Source: Macrostomum lignano (Eukaryota). From it: a stretch of 44,527 nt of DNA. Shown here in pieces: positions 24,064 to 33,819 of the stretch. The position numbers and the translations under genes were made by a program. The notes under the pieces are model-generated. The model ran no database searches. It saw only the letters and a program-made list of their open reading frames with translations, and was not told where the DNA came from. Positions within the stretch are counted from its first letter, which is position 1. Each line of letters starts with the position of its first letter. The stretch covers positions 1 to 44,527 of the forward strand of contig NIVC01002784.1 in assembly GCA_002269645.1 (NCBI GenBank), read 5' to 3'.

Positions 24064-24190
24064 CAATTGACGGCGATCCTGAAGATTCCCGCGTTTAATT
24101 ATTTTACGGAATTATTTCGCCCTCTATTCAAGGGTGGTGGGGGGTGGGGGTTATAATTAAACGCGGGAAACTGAGAAATCGCCCCAATTG
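24064..24190. mobile_element. Small palindromic MITE-like element
   Basis: TTCCCGCGTTTAATTAT (24086-24102) is the exact reverse complement of 24153-24169; outer arms CAATTG..GGCGAT and ATCGCC..CAATTG. Confidence 0.5.
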
Positions 24191-25323
24191 ACATGTGATA
24201 TGGCAATACTTGTATCGCTATAGAATTAAACCAATTGCATGCACCACATATAAAAAGGATAAATTTCAAATATTAGTATGTGCTGGGTTTATAGGATAAT
24301 ACTACTCTACTTTCTATTACTAGTCTTGTGCCTTGTAAAAGGAACAATAAGCTCGTATTAAAATGCAGAAATCTGGTTTTGCTTTCTTGGAAACATGTGA
24401 CCAGCTGTGATTATGCACTTTTGTATTAAACATTATAACTTATTATACCCCTTTTCATGGTTTAAAAGTTAAGTTTTCTTCTAACTTTAACCCAACGTTC
24501 TAGTTTTCTTTAAAGATTTTTTTAAACTTCATTATTTAAAATGGCAATTTACGACTTTTCAAATATTATAAAATAAAGGTCACATGTATTTTGTATGCAT
24601 GCAATTCAATTCAATATGAGAATCGTTATCCCCAATTTGCGAATTCCACACAACATATATTTCATCAATGTAACTTCTCATGTTGATTGCAATCATTCGC
24701 CACATTAATAGTAAGTTTGTGCGTGAGAAAGCTAGGGCCGTGTACCTATAGTGCCGGATGGGGATAATGCATTGGCGGCTATTGCTACAGGCCGAAACTA
24801 TGTACCACATTGACACTCTAAATAAAATTAACCTGAACCTGAGAAAGTCAACATTCCTAGAAACATTATGCAGTGTAAATTATATTGGGTTTAATCATTT
24901 CGTCATTGTGCAGTCTAGTCATGTACGTAAATTTAAAAAAATATTTTATTCCACCTGTACCTATAGCCACCGTTACATACATACATGCACATACGCGCTC
25001 AAAGGCATCGGTGTGCAGTGGCTTGATCTTCTTGTTGATACAGGCATTCCGTTTAAATGGCATATTACAGCTACAAATTACAATTCAAACAGTTTGCTTT
25101 AGGGAGTCAGGAATGCAACTTTTGAACTTTACAGCATGATTAACCAAAAGCATGTTTACTATATTGGATTGTACAGAAAAAAATCGGGGTTAGAATGTCG
25201 CTGAATCAATGTGCAGACACGCAGACCAAACACAAGTAGATAGCTTCGCGTTTATTTTACGAGTTACCTGTATGCAAAGTACATGTAGCAGTTCAGTCTG
25301 CTTTTAGATGCGCTGCTCGTCAA

Positions 25324-26520
25324 TCAGTAGGTCATATCATGGACGTGATGGGGTTCCTGGCTATAGGCAGTGCATTTTGCCGAGCAGTCGGGCGGTGAGA
25401 CCACTGGACTTCGTCGTCCTCGCATAGCCGTGACGCATCGCCACAAACAGCAGCCGTTACGCGCTCCGCTGGAAGAGCCGCATGCACTACTAAAGAACTG
25501 AACTGCACAGGTGCGAAACCGCTGACTAGCCAAATAGCTGAGACCGTTGCAAGCAAAGTTCAGGTACATTATTGAGTTTAGGAAGCCAAATAATACCCTG
25601 TGACTGTTAGGCTCCCCGCCAATACTGACCATGACCAACTGGTAGACACCCACAGGCAGGTAGGTGATTAAGAAGCTGAAGTTCATCAGCAGAAGAGTGC
25701 GAGACACGCGCTGAGTAGTGCGTGTCCGTCCTGTGGGCCGTCGACAGTACAGCACGCCAGAGATGCACACGGTGCCGAATAGCAGAAAGGCAAATATGCA
25801 CAGATTAGACAAAACAGTCTGGTAATAATAGAATGCTTTGGTGATGGGACTGTCAAAGCTCGTTAGGTTGCAGGGCGCATTCGAGTCCGGTTGATAGTCC
25901 ACCAGCACGATGCGAAATACCGGAAAAGTTAGTGCCACGCAGGTGAGCACAACTAGTACAGCAATTGAGACTCGCACAGATGGCCGACGAATAGGAAATA
26001 GAGTGATGAGCAGTCGTTGCAAGGTGAGGCCGGCTAGGTAGAACGGACATCCGCAGAGAAAGTAGTAAGTGATGGCCATGTACGCTTGACAGGCCAGGAG
26101 GCTGGAGTTCTTCAACGAACCTCGTTGGTAAGGCCACCAGTCTGCATTGTAGCTGGCCAACTCCTCCAGGTAATGGGTTGTAGCCTTCAACAGAAGAGCG
26201 AGGAGGTCGTTGAAACTGATCCAGAGCATGAAGGCGCTGGCTGAGGGAGGAAATACCTTCTGTTTGAGCATGACCACGATGCAGACTGTATTGAGGGCGG
26301 AACCCAGAATGATCAGGATGGGGAAGGCGATGAGATGCGAGTAGAAGTGCAGCTGCACAGCCAGGTTGTTGTCCAAGTCGTACTGGCTGCTCATTCTGGC
26401 TTCTGAGAACATGGACGATTTCAAGACGTTCCTGGCATTGGCGATAGATGAAAACGGGTCTTTTGTGGCCGCATGGAACGCGAAATCGCAGCGTCGTTGC
26501 ATTTTATTTAGTTTACCCAT
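25324..26520 (-). CDS. Intronless rhodopsin-family (class A) GPCR, peptide-receptor-like orphan, 398 aa
   Basis: Seven hydrophobic segments; TM1 GSALN, TM2 NDLL, Cys at the top of TM3 and in ECL2, QRL at the DRY position, TYLP in TM6, NFACNGLSY in TM7; ATG start. Confidence 0.88.
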   Translation of the reverse strand: MGKLNKMQRRCDFAFHAATKDPFSSIANARNVLKSSMFSEARMSSQYDLDNNLAVQLHFYSHLIAFPILIILGSALNTVCIVVMLKQKVFPPSASAFMLWISFNDLLALLLKATTHYLEELASYNADWWPYQRGSLKNSSLLACQAYMAITYYFLCGCPFYLAGLTLQRLLITLFPIRRPSVRVSIAVLVVLTCVALTFPVFRIVLVDYQPDSNAPCNLTSFDSPITKAFYYYQTVLSNLCIFAFLLFGTVCISGVLYCRRPTGRTRTTQRVSRTLLLMNFSFLITYLPVGVYQLVMVSIGGEPNSHRVLFGFLNSIMYLNFACNGLSYLASQRFRTCAVQFFSSACGSSSGARNGCCLWRCVTAMRGRRSPVVSPPDCSAKCTAYSQEPHHVHDMTY

Positions 26521-29384
26521 CGATAACCAAGCTTATCTATTCTTGTTCGCCGTTTTGTCGCTTAAGTTTGCAATAATTTCTGACTGGTGGCAGCAAATCC
26601 AGAGTTGGATTAGTCATATAAGCTTATCTGCTTTCGCGGGTCACCTGGACGCTGTGCAAATAACAATCACTTCAGGACTGCACGCATCTATTATTTAGGG
26701 CCCATCGAAGCGTGAGCTTTCCAAAATTGATAGTTCCACATGTGCCACGAGGCTGGTGCGTGAAATCTGCGGCCCTCCAAAGTCGAATTGGTGTCTTTAT
26801 GAAGTTTTGCATTACCTGTGTTACGAGTGTGTCGTTTTAAGACATTTACTAGTGCGAGTTTATGAAATAAGAGCTAGTACAGTAAAAGTATAGCTCGATG
26901 ACGAACGAGACCAAGGAGGGATTTGATCGCCACGCTGGCTAAGCGACCTGTGATGACTTTTGCATGTCAGGCCTAATTGTCGTTCTATGCGACAACCATT
27001 GTACAGGAGGACAGGGATTCAAGTTCGTTGTGTATAATTGAATGTGCTCCTACAATATGCGAGCCTTTATTAGCTAACAAATGGAAGTCTTTTCCGTAGG
27101 AAAAAGCAGGTTCGTAGCTACTCTTATTTCGAAGTTGGTATATCAAGGCTGGATATAAAAACCAGAAAAAAGCTTCCCCTGGCTAATCGAGAAAATCAAG
27201 TATTCGCAACGTTATAAATTTAAAGAACATTCGCATACATGTACAACACCGCCCCAGGACAAGGGTTCGAGCTTCCTAAAGGCTAAAAGCTTCGGAAATT
27301 TTTCCGAAGTACGACGATTCGAGGAAATTTTCCAGTAGAAACTGCGGATCCCCGATCCCCTGCGCCGGTCTTTTTGTGTCTTCTTCAAAGCAGAAGCAAC
27401 AAGGAAATAGGCTGGCAAAGAAGAAGTCAGAAGTACTCGTTAGCTAAACTGTAACAGAAGTGTCAATATTCTTCAGCATTGAGCTGCATTCATCCACCGT
27501 GGAATCAAATTCTATACGTATAGAGAAAAACCAAAATATTCTATCAGTGCATCAGTGCAGTAGTCTGGTACCCCAGCTAGCAGTTGCAGTGTACCACCTG
27601 CACAGATGTCAACAATATGACTGCGGTTAAGTTGCACTCGTAACTGAAATTGCTATTATTGTTGAATTAAATAAATGCGGATACTTGCGATAATACGACT
27701 ACAAGAGGTAGAATTTTGCAAGCTGCATGTAGTGGAGCTTACGAACAATCGTATGAATCCAATATAGAAAAATTGCATGCACTTTTATCCTCCATGCTTG
27801 TTATTGTCTATGGTAAAAACTGAGTCAAATCTTCAAGCGCACGTTTAAGCACCTTCTGTGCATCTTCTCTGATTTCCAGCTTAAATGTGTGCCTAAAGGA
27901 TTCATTCGCTTGACAATTTGACACAGTTTTTACCATGGAAAACTGGCAAGGCGGGTACGAACGCATGCACTTTTTCTAAATTGGATTCATTTGTTTGTCC
28001 ATAAGCTCTACTAGCTTGCAAAATGCTATACAGCTGGGTGGTGCTACATGTATTTATTGTTGAATACACTTCCCTGTACTAGTTCACGGATTTCTGATGG
28101 ACTCAGACCATTGCACTGCGTAGAGAGACTTCTCATATATTCAACAGAATATTTTGGCGTTCTGGACGTTTCTAAGCCTCCTTACAAGCAGACCAGCTAT
28201 TTTTAAGACTTAGGATTTTAAACCATAACAGCCAAGCAGAGTCTGCTCTCCAATACTGTGGTCGAATATTCCTACCAATGTCCCAATCATCGATGCTTCT
28301 CCCCTGCTGCGCCCAGAAAGGAAGTCGAAGGCTGCCCCTTGGGGACGGGCCAATGCCATGGGCACAGTAGCGTGGGGGGGGGGGCTGGGCAGAGCAGAAG
28401 GCTTTCACGCATCGAAGAACTCGGCAGATTTTCTGAGGCTCCGTTCGGCTCTGCAGCGCTTGGCTGCAGATTCTGGGTTCAAGTGCTGCCCCGCAAGTCA
28501 GTTGTATTGTTTTATTAGCAAGAGATTTGGGTAATGTGTATTTATTTTTTGGTAACCAATGCTTTTTCTTCTTTTGAATTGTACAGCGACATGTTTCTTT
28601 CTGGAAAATATGAAAACCGATAAGCACTAGGTTTTTGGTTCGGTGGAGCAGCAGATGAGATTTAAAATATTAGAAGGGGCGGTCACAAAAACTATTGCTG
28701 CTTACAACTGCATCAGGGTAAGAAGAGAAGATTAAAACAAGGAGCTGCTTTGATTGACTTCAAAGGAGTACATACGGGTACTAAGGTAGATTTGCTCGAT
28801 TCCAGAAAAGTGACAGCAAAATGAAATTGATAGGATAGAAAGCTGACAATGTTAAATAAGCTGCATTATAAATATCTGAGTACTTTTTCAGATAGTAAAT
28901 ATAGAGTGCACAGCAATTTTCGCCAGTCCAGTTTACTCGTGTGACTGTACTCACTCACGTGTTTTTCGGTTTGTTGTATGCAAAAATTGTTAACATCGGT
29001 TAATCAATGATTTTATGAATAGTTTGAAACTTTGCCCGAGAAAATATAATTAGTTAAGATGTCCAGACCAAGGACGACTAAGTATCGTTAAATTAAGTAG
29101 TCCTTGGATCAGGCGGCTACTATACCATTGCTATAAAAAAACACATCAGGATAGGCATGTGCAGAAAAGTATCTTGTTCCGACAAGAATACAGATATCTA
29201 AATAGATGGTCGTTCTTCCAGCTTCTCTATCTCATCATCATTGTCATTTTAAAAATAATTTTAAGTCAGAATGACGAGCTCAATGCGAATGGAAATTATC
29301 AGCAACTGAAACGCTTTGCCTTTAGCACATTTTTCAATTTCTGCTGTTTTCTTTCGTTATTTTTCTGGTTGTAAATTGGGTTGG

Positions 29385-29885
29385 CTGTGGGTGTGCACAG
29401 GATAGAGTGAGGTGGGGTTTGGGGGTAGGAGACGGTGAAAGTTTGATTGGGTTGGCTGTGGGAGTGTACACAGGATAGAGTGAGGTGGGGTTTGGGGGTA
29501 GGAGACGGTGAAAGTTTGATTGGGTTGGCTGTGGGAGTGTACACAGGATAGAGTGAGGTGGGGTTTGGGGGTAGGAGACGGTGAACGTTTGATTGGGTTG
29601 GCTGTGGGAGTGTACACAGGATAGAGTGAGGTGGGGTTTGGGGTAGGAGACGGTGAACGCTTGATTGGGTTGGCTGTGGGAGTGTACACAGGATAGAGTG
29701 AGGTGGGGTTTGGGGGTAGGAGACGGTGAACGTTTGATTGGGTTGGCTGTGGGAGTGTACACAGGATAGAGTGAGGTGGGGTCTGAGGGTAGGAGACGGT
29801 GAACGTTGGATTGGGTGTGGGAGCAGAATAGAGTGAGGTGGGGTCGGCGAACCTTGGATTGGGTGGCTGTGGGAGTGCACACAGG
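29385..29885. repeat. 73-bp minisatellite, about 6.5 copies, downstream of the stomatin stop codon
   Basis: GATAGAGTGAGG recurs at 29401, 29474 and onward. Confidence 0.93.
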
Positions 29886-30382
29886 GATGGAGTGTGGTTG
29901 ACTTTAACAAGTGGAAAGGAATTGCATAAAAGTGGAACAACTGAGTTTACAAAGTTTGACTTTTTTGGTTGTTATTATTCCTATTTCAGAGATAAAATAT
30001 ACGTATAAGCGAGTGGTTCGCTTCCTTGTTCTTAAAAAAATTAACTTATTGACGACTCAGAGGTGGAGAAGCTTAACGTTCGTAAGTTGCAATCGGCTTG
30101 CCGATCACCAGAATCGTGGATTCGGGTTCATTGGATCAGACAATTCATGATGAGAGCATCAGAATGGGGGGGGGGGCAAGTAAGCATTTTGCTGTGAAGC
30201 AAAGGATGTACTTTTGATGAGGTGGCGAATTCAGTTCCGTCGCTATTTAACATGCATACATTTGGTGGCCCCCCACGGTGCATAGCAGTTGTGAATTTAC
30301 ACGATTATTAAGGTTCATCTGCGTTCGTTTTTAACACAGCTCGCTCGTCAACTGCGCTGAGATTCGCCTTCAGGCCCGGCCA

Positions 30383-30580
30383 TCACAGAGGCGGCCTGTG
30401 CATGAAGTTGGACAGAATCTCCAGAGGCAGCGGGAATATGATGGTGGAGTTCTTCTCGGCCGAGATCGTGTTGAGCGTCTGCAGGTAGCGCAGCTGCAGC
30501 GCGAACGGCGACTCGTTGATGACGTCGGCGGCCTCCTTCAGGGCCCGGGAGGCCTTCTGCTCGCCCTCAGCTGCGATCAC
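30383..30580 (-). CDS. STOM: Stomatin/MEC-2-like (band 7/SPFH), last exon
   Basis: VIAAEGEQKASRALKEAADVINESPFALQLRYLQTLNTISAEKNSTIIFPLP; CAG acceptor 30583-30581; TGA at 30385-30383. Confidence 0.95.
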   Translation of the reverse strand: MIAAEGEQKASRALKEAADVINESPFALQLRYLQTLNTISAEKNSTIIFPLPLEILSNFMHRPPL

Positions 30581-30769
30581 CTGAATTGTCGGTTCGGCTC
30601 TCGCTTTGCTGACTTTGTTAATCAATCCAAGAGAATTGTTTCCCGATTAAGTTTTATAGCAGCTTCTGTAGTCTTTCTGGACCATTTCATTCTGATTATT
30701 GATTTTTTGATTACTGTTTCTGGGCTGCTTTGCCAGCTCATTTTTCCTCTCAACCGAGCCGTACACTTC

Positions 30770-31295
30770 AGCCCAGCCCCCTGTCCAGATCCAAACTCCC
30801 AGCCCCAGCCCCTGCCCCAGCCCTAGTCCCAGCCTCAGCCCCAGTCCCAGCCCCAGCCTCAGCCCCATCCCCTGCCCCAGCCCCAGTCCCAGCCTCAGCC
30901 CCAGTCCCAGCCCCAGCCTCAGCCCCAGCCCCAGCCCCAGCCTCAGCCTCAGCCCCAGCCCCAGCCTCAGCCCCAGCCCCAGCCCCAGCCCCAGCCCCAG
31001 CCCCAGCCCCAGCCCCAGACCCAGCTCCAGACCCAGCCCCAGCTCTCACCTTGGCGCGAGCCTCTCTCGCAGCCCCAGCCTCAGCCCCAGCCCCAGCCCC
31101 AGCCTCAGCCTAGCCCCAGCCCAGCCCCAGCCCCAGCCCCAGCCCCAGCCCCAGCCCAGCTCCAGCCCCAGCCTCAGCCTCAGCCCCAGCCCCAGCCCCA
31201 GCCCCAGCCCCAGCTCCAGCCTCAGCCCCAGCCCCAGCCCCAGCCCCAGCCCCAGCCCCAGCCCCAGCCCCAGCCCCAGCCCCAGCCCCAGACCC
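30770..31295. repeat. (GGGGCT/GAGGCT)n hexamer array on the stomatin sense strand, containing a duplicated exon end
   Basis: Direct reading: plus strand (CCAGCC)n; 31041-31074 repeats 31296-31329. Confidence 0.95.
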
Positions 31296-31304
31296 AGCTC
31301 TCAC

Positions 31305-31383
31305 CTTGGCGCGAGCCTCTCTCGCAGCCTCGGCCTCGGCAGCCATGGCCCGTTGCAGTTGCACTGGCAGTCGGACATCTTTG
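31305..31383 (-). CDS. STOM: Stomatin-like exon ([26 protein letters not shown])
   Basis: CCAG acceptor 31386-31384, phase 2 in; AAG|GTGAGA donor. Confidence 0.95.
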
Positions 31384-32207
31384 CTGGAATGCGGAGTGGC
31401 GGAGGCGGGGCGGTGCGGACAGACGGGCGAAGGCGAGCGGTCGGCTAGGATAGGAAAAAAAGAGCGAGCGGGAAACCGGGCCGCCGGCTACTGCGGCTGG
31501 AAGGAGTTTGTCGCAGACGCCGGTGCAGCCTTGGCCTGCCACTCTCTACACTTTCCCCTCTCCCTCCTCTCCACTTATCCCTCCTCCTCTGGGCCCCGGG
31601 GAGGAAGCTGGGCGACTGACTGATGGAGACCGTGAGCTCTAGTAAATAGAGAAGCGAGAAAGGAAAGTGCAAAAAAACTGAGTGGATGACTGGATGGAGA
31701 AGCTTAAAATGTGTTTGATGAAAAGAATAGAAGCTTTGAATATAGGTGATCAGGATACAGATTCTCTGGCTCAATGCAGCAACAACAAACAGCTTGGTAA
31801 GAAAGAAAAAGCCAGCAATGGTGCTTCGGACTTCCTGGATAAGCAGCGTCAGTTACAGGCCGCCAGTCAGTCCTGTGGCATGCTGGGCGCAAGCATCAGC
31901 AATAGCAGCTACATACAGTTGGAGAGGAAGGTGTTTAAAATAGCATGAAACTGTCGATTGCTATGGGATATAAGAGCGCTAAATTTTCCGGATTTTTTGG
32001 TTCAATTTGTTTTACTGAAACTGTATAAAATGTGCAATTTTTTAACTGATCAGTAACTAAATTACTGCTTAATTTTGAAGCAAATTATAAAAACAAGAGG
32101 AAAGTTGCACACTAAATGAGGTTAACATCCGATGGGAAAGGGCTTACAATGAGTGCGATTTCTAAATTTGAAAATGAAATCGAATTTGCGGTAACGGCTA
32201 TTGGACT

Positions 32208-33176
32208 GATCAACTGTAGGTCACTCCGACACTAGCTATTAGTCATAGTGACATACTGATCAGCTCTATAGTTCACTCCCACACTAGCTATTAGTCATAG
32301 TGACATACTGATCAGCTCTATAGTTCACTCCCACACTAGCTATTAATCATAGTGACATACTGATCAGCTCTATAGTTCACTCTGGCACTAGCTATTAGTC
32401 ATAGTGACATACTGATCCGCTCTATAGTTCACTCCGACACTAGCTATTAGTCATAGTGACATACTGATCCGCTCTATAGTTCACTCCGACACTAGCTATT
32501 AGTCATAGTGACATACTGATCAGCTCTAGTTCACTCTGGCACTAGCTATTAGTCATAGTGACATACTGATCAGCTCTAGTTCACTCTGGCACTAGCTATT
32601 AGTCATAGTGACTTACTGATCAGCTCTAGTTCACTCTGGCACTAGCTATTAGTCATAGTGACTTACTGATCAGCTCTAGTTCACTCTGGCACTAGCTATT
32701 AGTCACAGTGGCATACTGATCAGCTCTAGTTCACTCCGACACCAGCTATTAATCATAGTGACATACTGATCAGCTCTAGTTCACTCCGACACTAGCTATT
32801 AATCAAAGTGACTTACTGATCAGGTCTAGTTCACTCTGGGACTAGATATTGGAGTGACCTATACTGATCAGCTCTAGTTCACTCTGACAATAGATATTGG
32901 AGTCACCTATACTGATCAGCTCTAGTTCACTCTGACACTAGATATTGGAGTGACCTATACTGATCAGCTCTAGTTCACTCTGACACTAGATATTGGAGTG
33001 ACCTATACTGATCAGCTCTAGTTCACTCTGGCACTAGATATTGGAGTGACCTATACTGATCAGCTCTAGTTCACTCTGACACTAGATATTAGAGTGACCT
33101 ATACTGATCAGCTTTAGTTCGTTCTGACACTAGCTATTGGAGTGACCTATACTGATCAGCTCTAGTTCACTCTGAA
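32208..33176. repeat. Intronic minisatellite with 52-, 50- and 48-bp unit variants
   Basis: Core ACTGATCAGCTCT(AT)AGTTCACTC in every unit. Confidence 0.95.
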
Positions 33177-33475
33177 AGTATGAAGAATTTGAAACTAGGG
33201 CACAAATTCGCACATTTTCCAGCACTACATCAATAATCGAGTATTCATGAACAGTAAACAGAGATTAACCAGACCGCGAACGCGCCGTGCCGCCACCAGT
33301 GAAGCACAGTGCAATGCCAGCCAGTGCAGTGCAGGAAAGCCGCCACTGACAAGCCGGGTGCCGCTAATATCATCCCCTCGCCCCGAATTTCCCCACAGAA
33401 GCGACAAAAATAGCAGCTCAGAATTTGCTTTCCCTACGCCTACGAGGGTCAGCAGTCCAGATCGTTTTCACTTAC

Positions 33476-33531
33476 ACCTCGACCCTCTCCACCTTGACAC
33501 CCCAGGGGTCTGTGGCGTCGTCGAGGGACTC
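33476..33531 (-). CDS. STOM: Stomatin-like alternative exon D2 (ESLDDATDPWGVKVERVEV), 56 nt
   Basis: CTGAC branch-like site plus CGCAG acceptor; GT|GTAAGT donor; same phases as exon D1. Confidence 0.85.
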
Positions 33532-33633
33532 CTGCGAGTTGCGTCAGCCGTCGGAAGAAAAAAATAGGAAAAGTGGGAGGGGCGGGAGGGGCGTCGAGTT
33601 AAAATTAATATAATCAAAGTGTCTGAGACTTAC

Positions 33634-33689
33634 ACCTCAACTCGCTCCACCTTGACACCCCAGGGGTCTGTGGCGTCATCCAGCATGGC
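33634..33689 (-). CDS. STOM: Stomatin-like alternative exon D1 (AMLDDATDPWGVKVERVEV), 56 nt
   Basis: TTCTAG acceptor; GT|GTAAGT donor; phase 0 in, phase 2 out. Confidence 0.88.
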
Positions 33690-33819
33690 CTAGAATTGCA
33701 AGCAGATTCGGGCGATGGGGGTGCCCTCCATCGAGTTCGATGAAGACTTTTGTTGGCCAACTGGCCGCTACATGCTTGATCTTGTGTCCACAGAGTCGGG
33801 CCCAGTCAAGATGGCATTC

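Noticed and set aside
28172-28627. 151-aa minus-strand ORF and overlapping plus-strand ORFs between the GPCR and stomatin
   Set aside because: Non-ATG start, no recognisable family motifs, no exon structure.
31682-31948. Plus-strand 88-aa ORF antisense within a stomatin intron
   Set aside because: No recognisable domain and no supporting splice partners.
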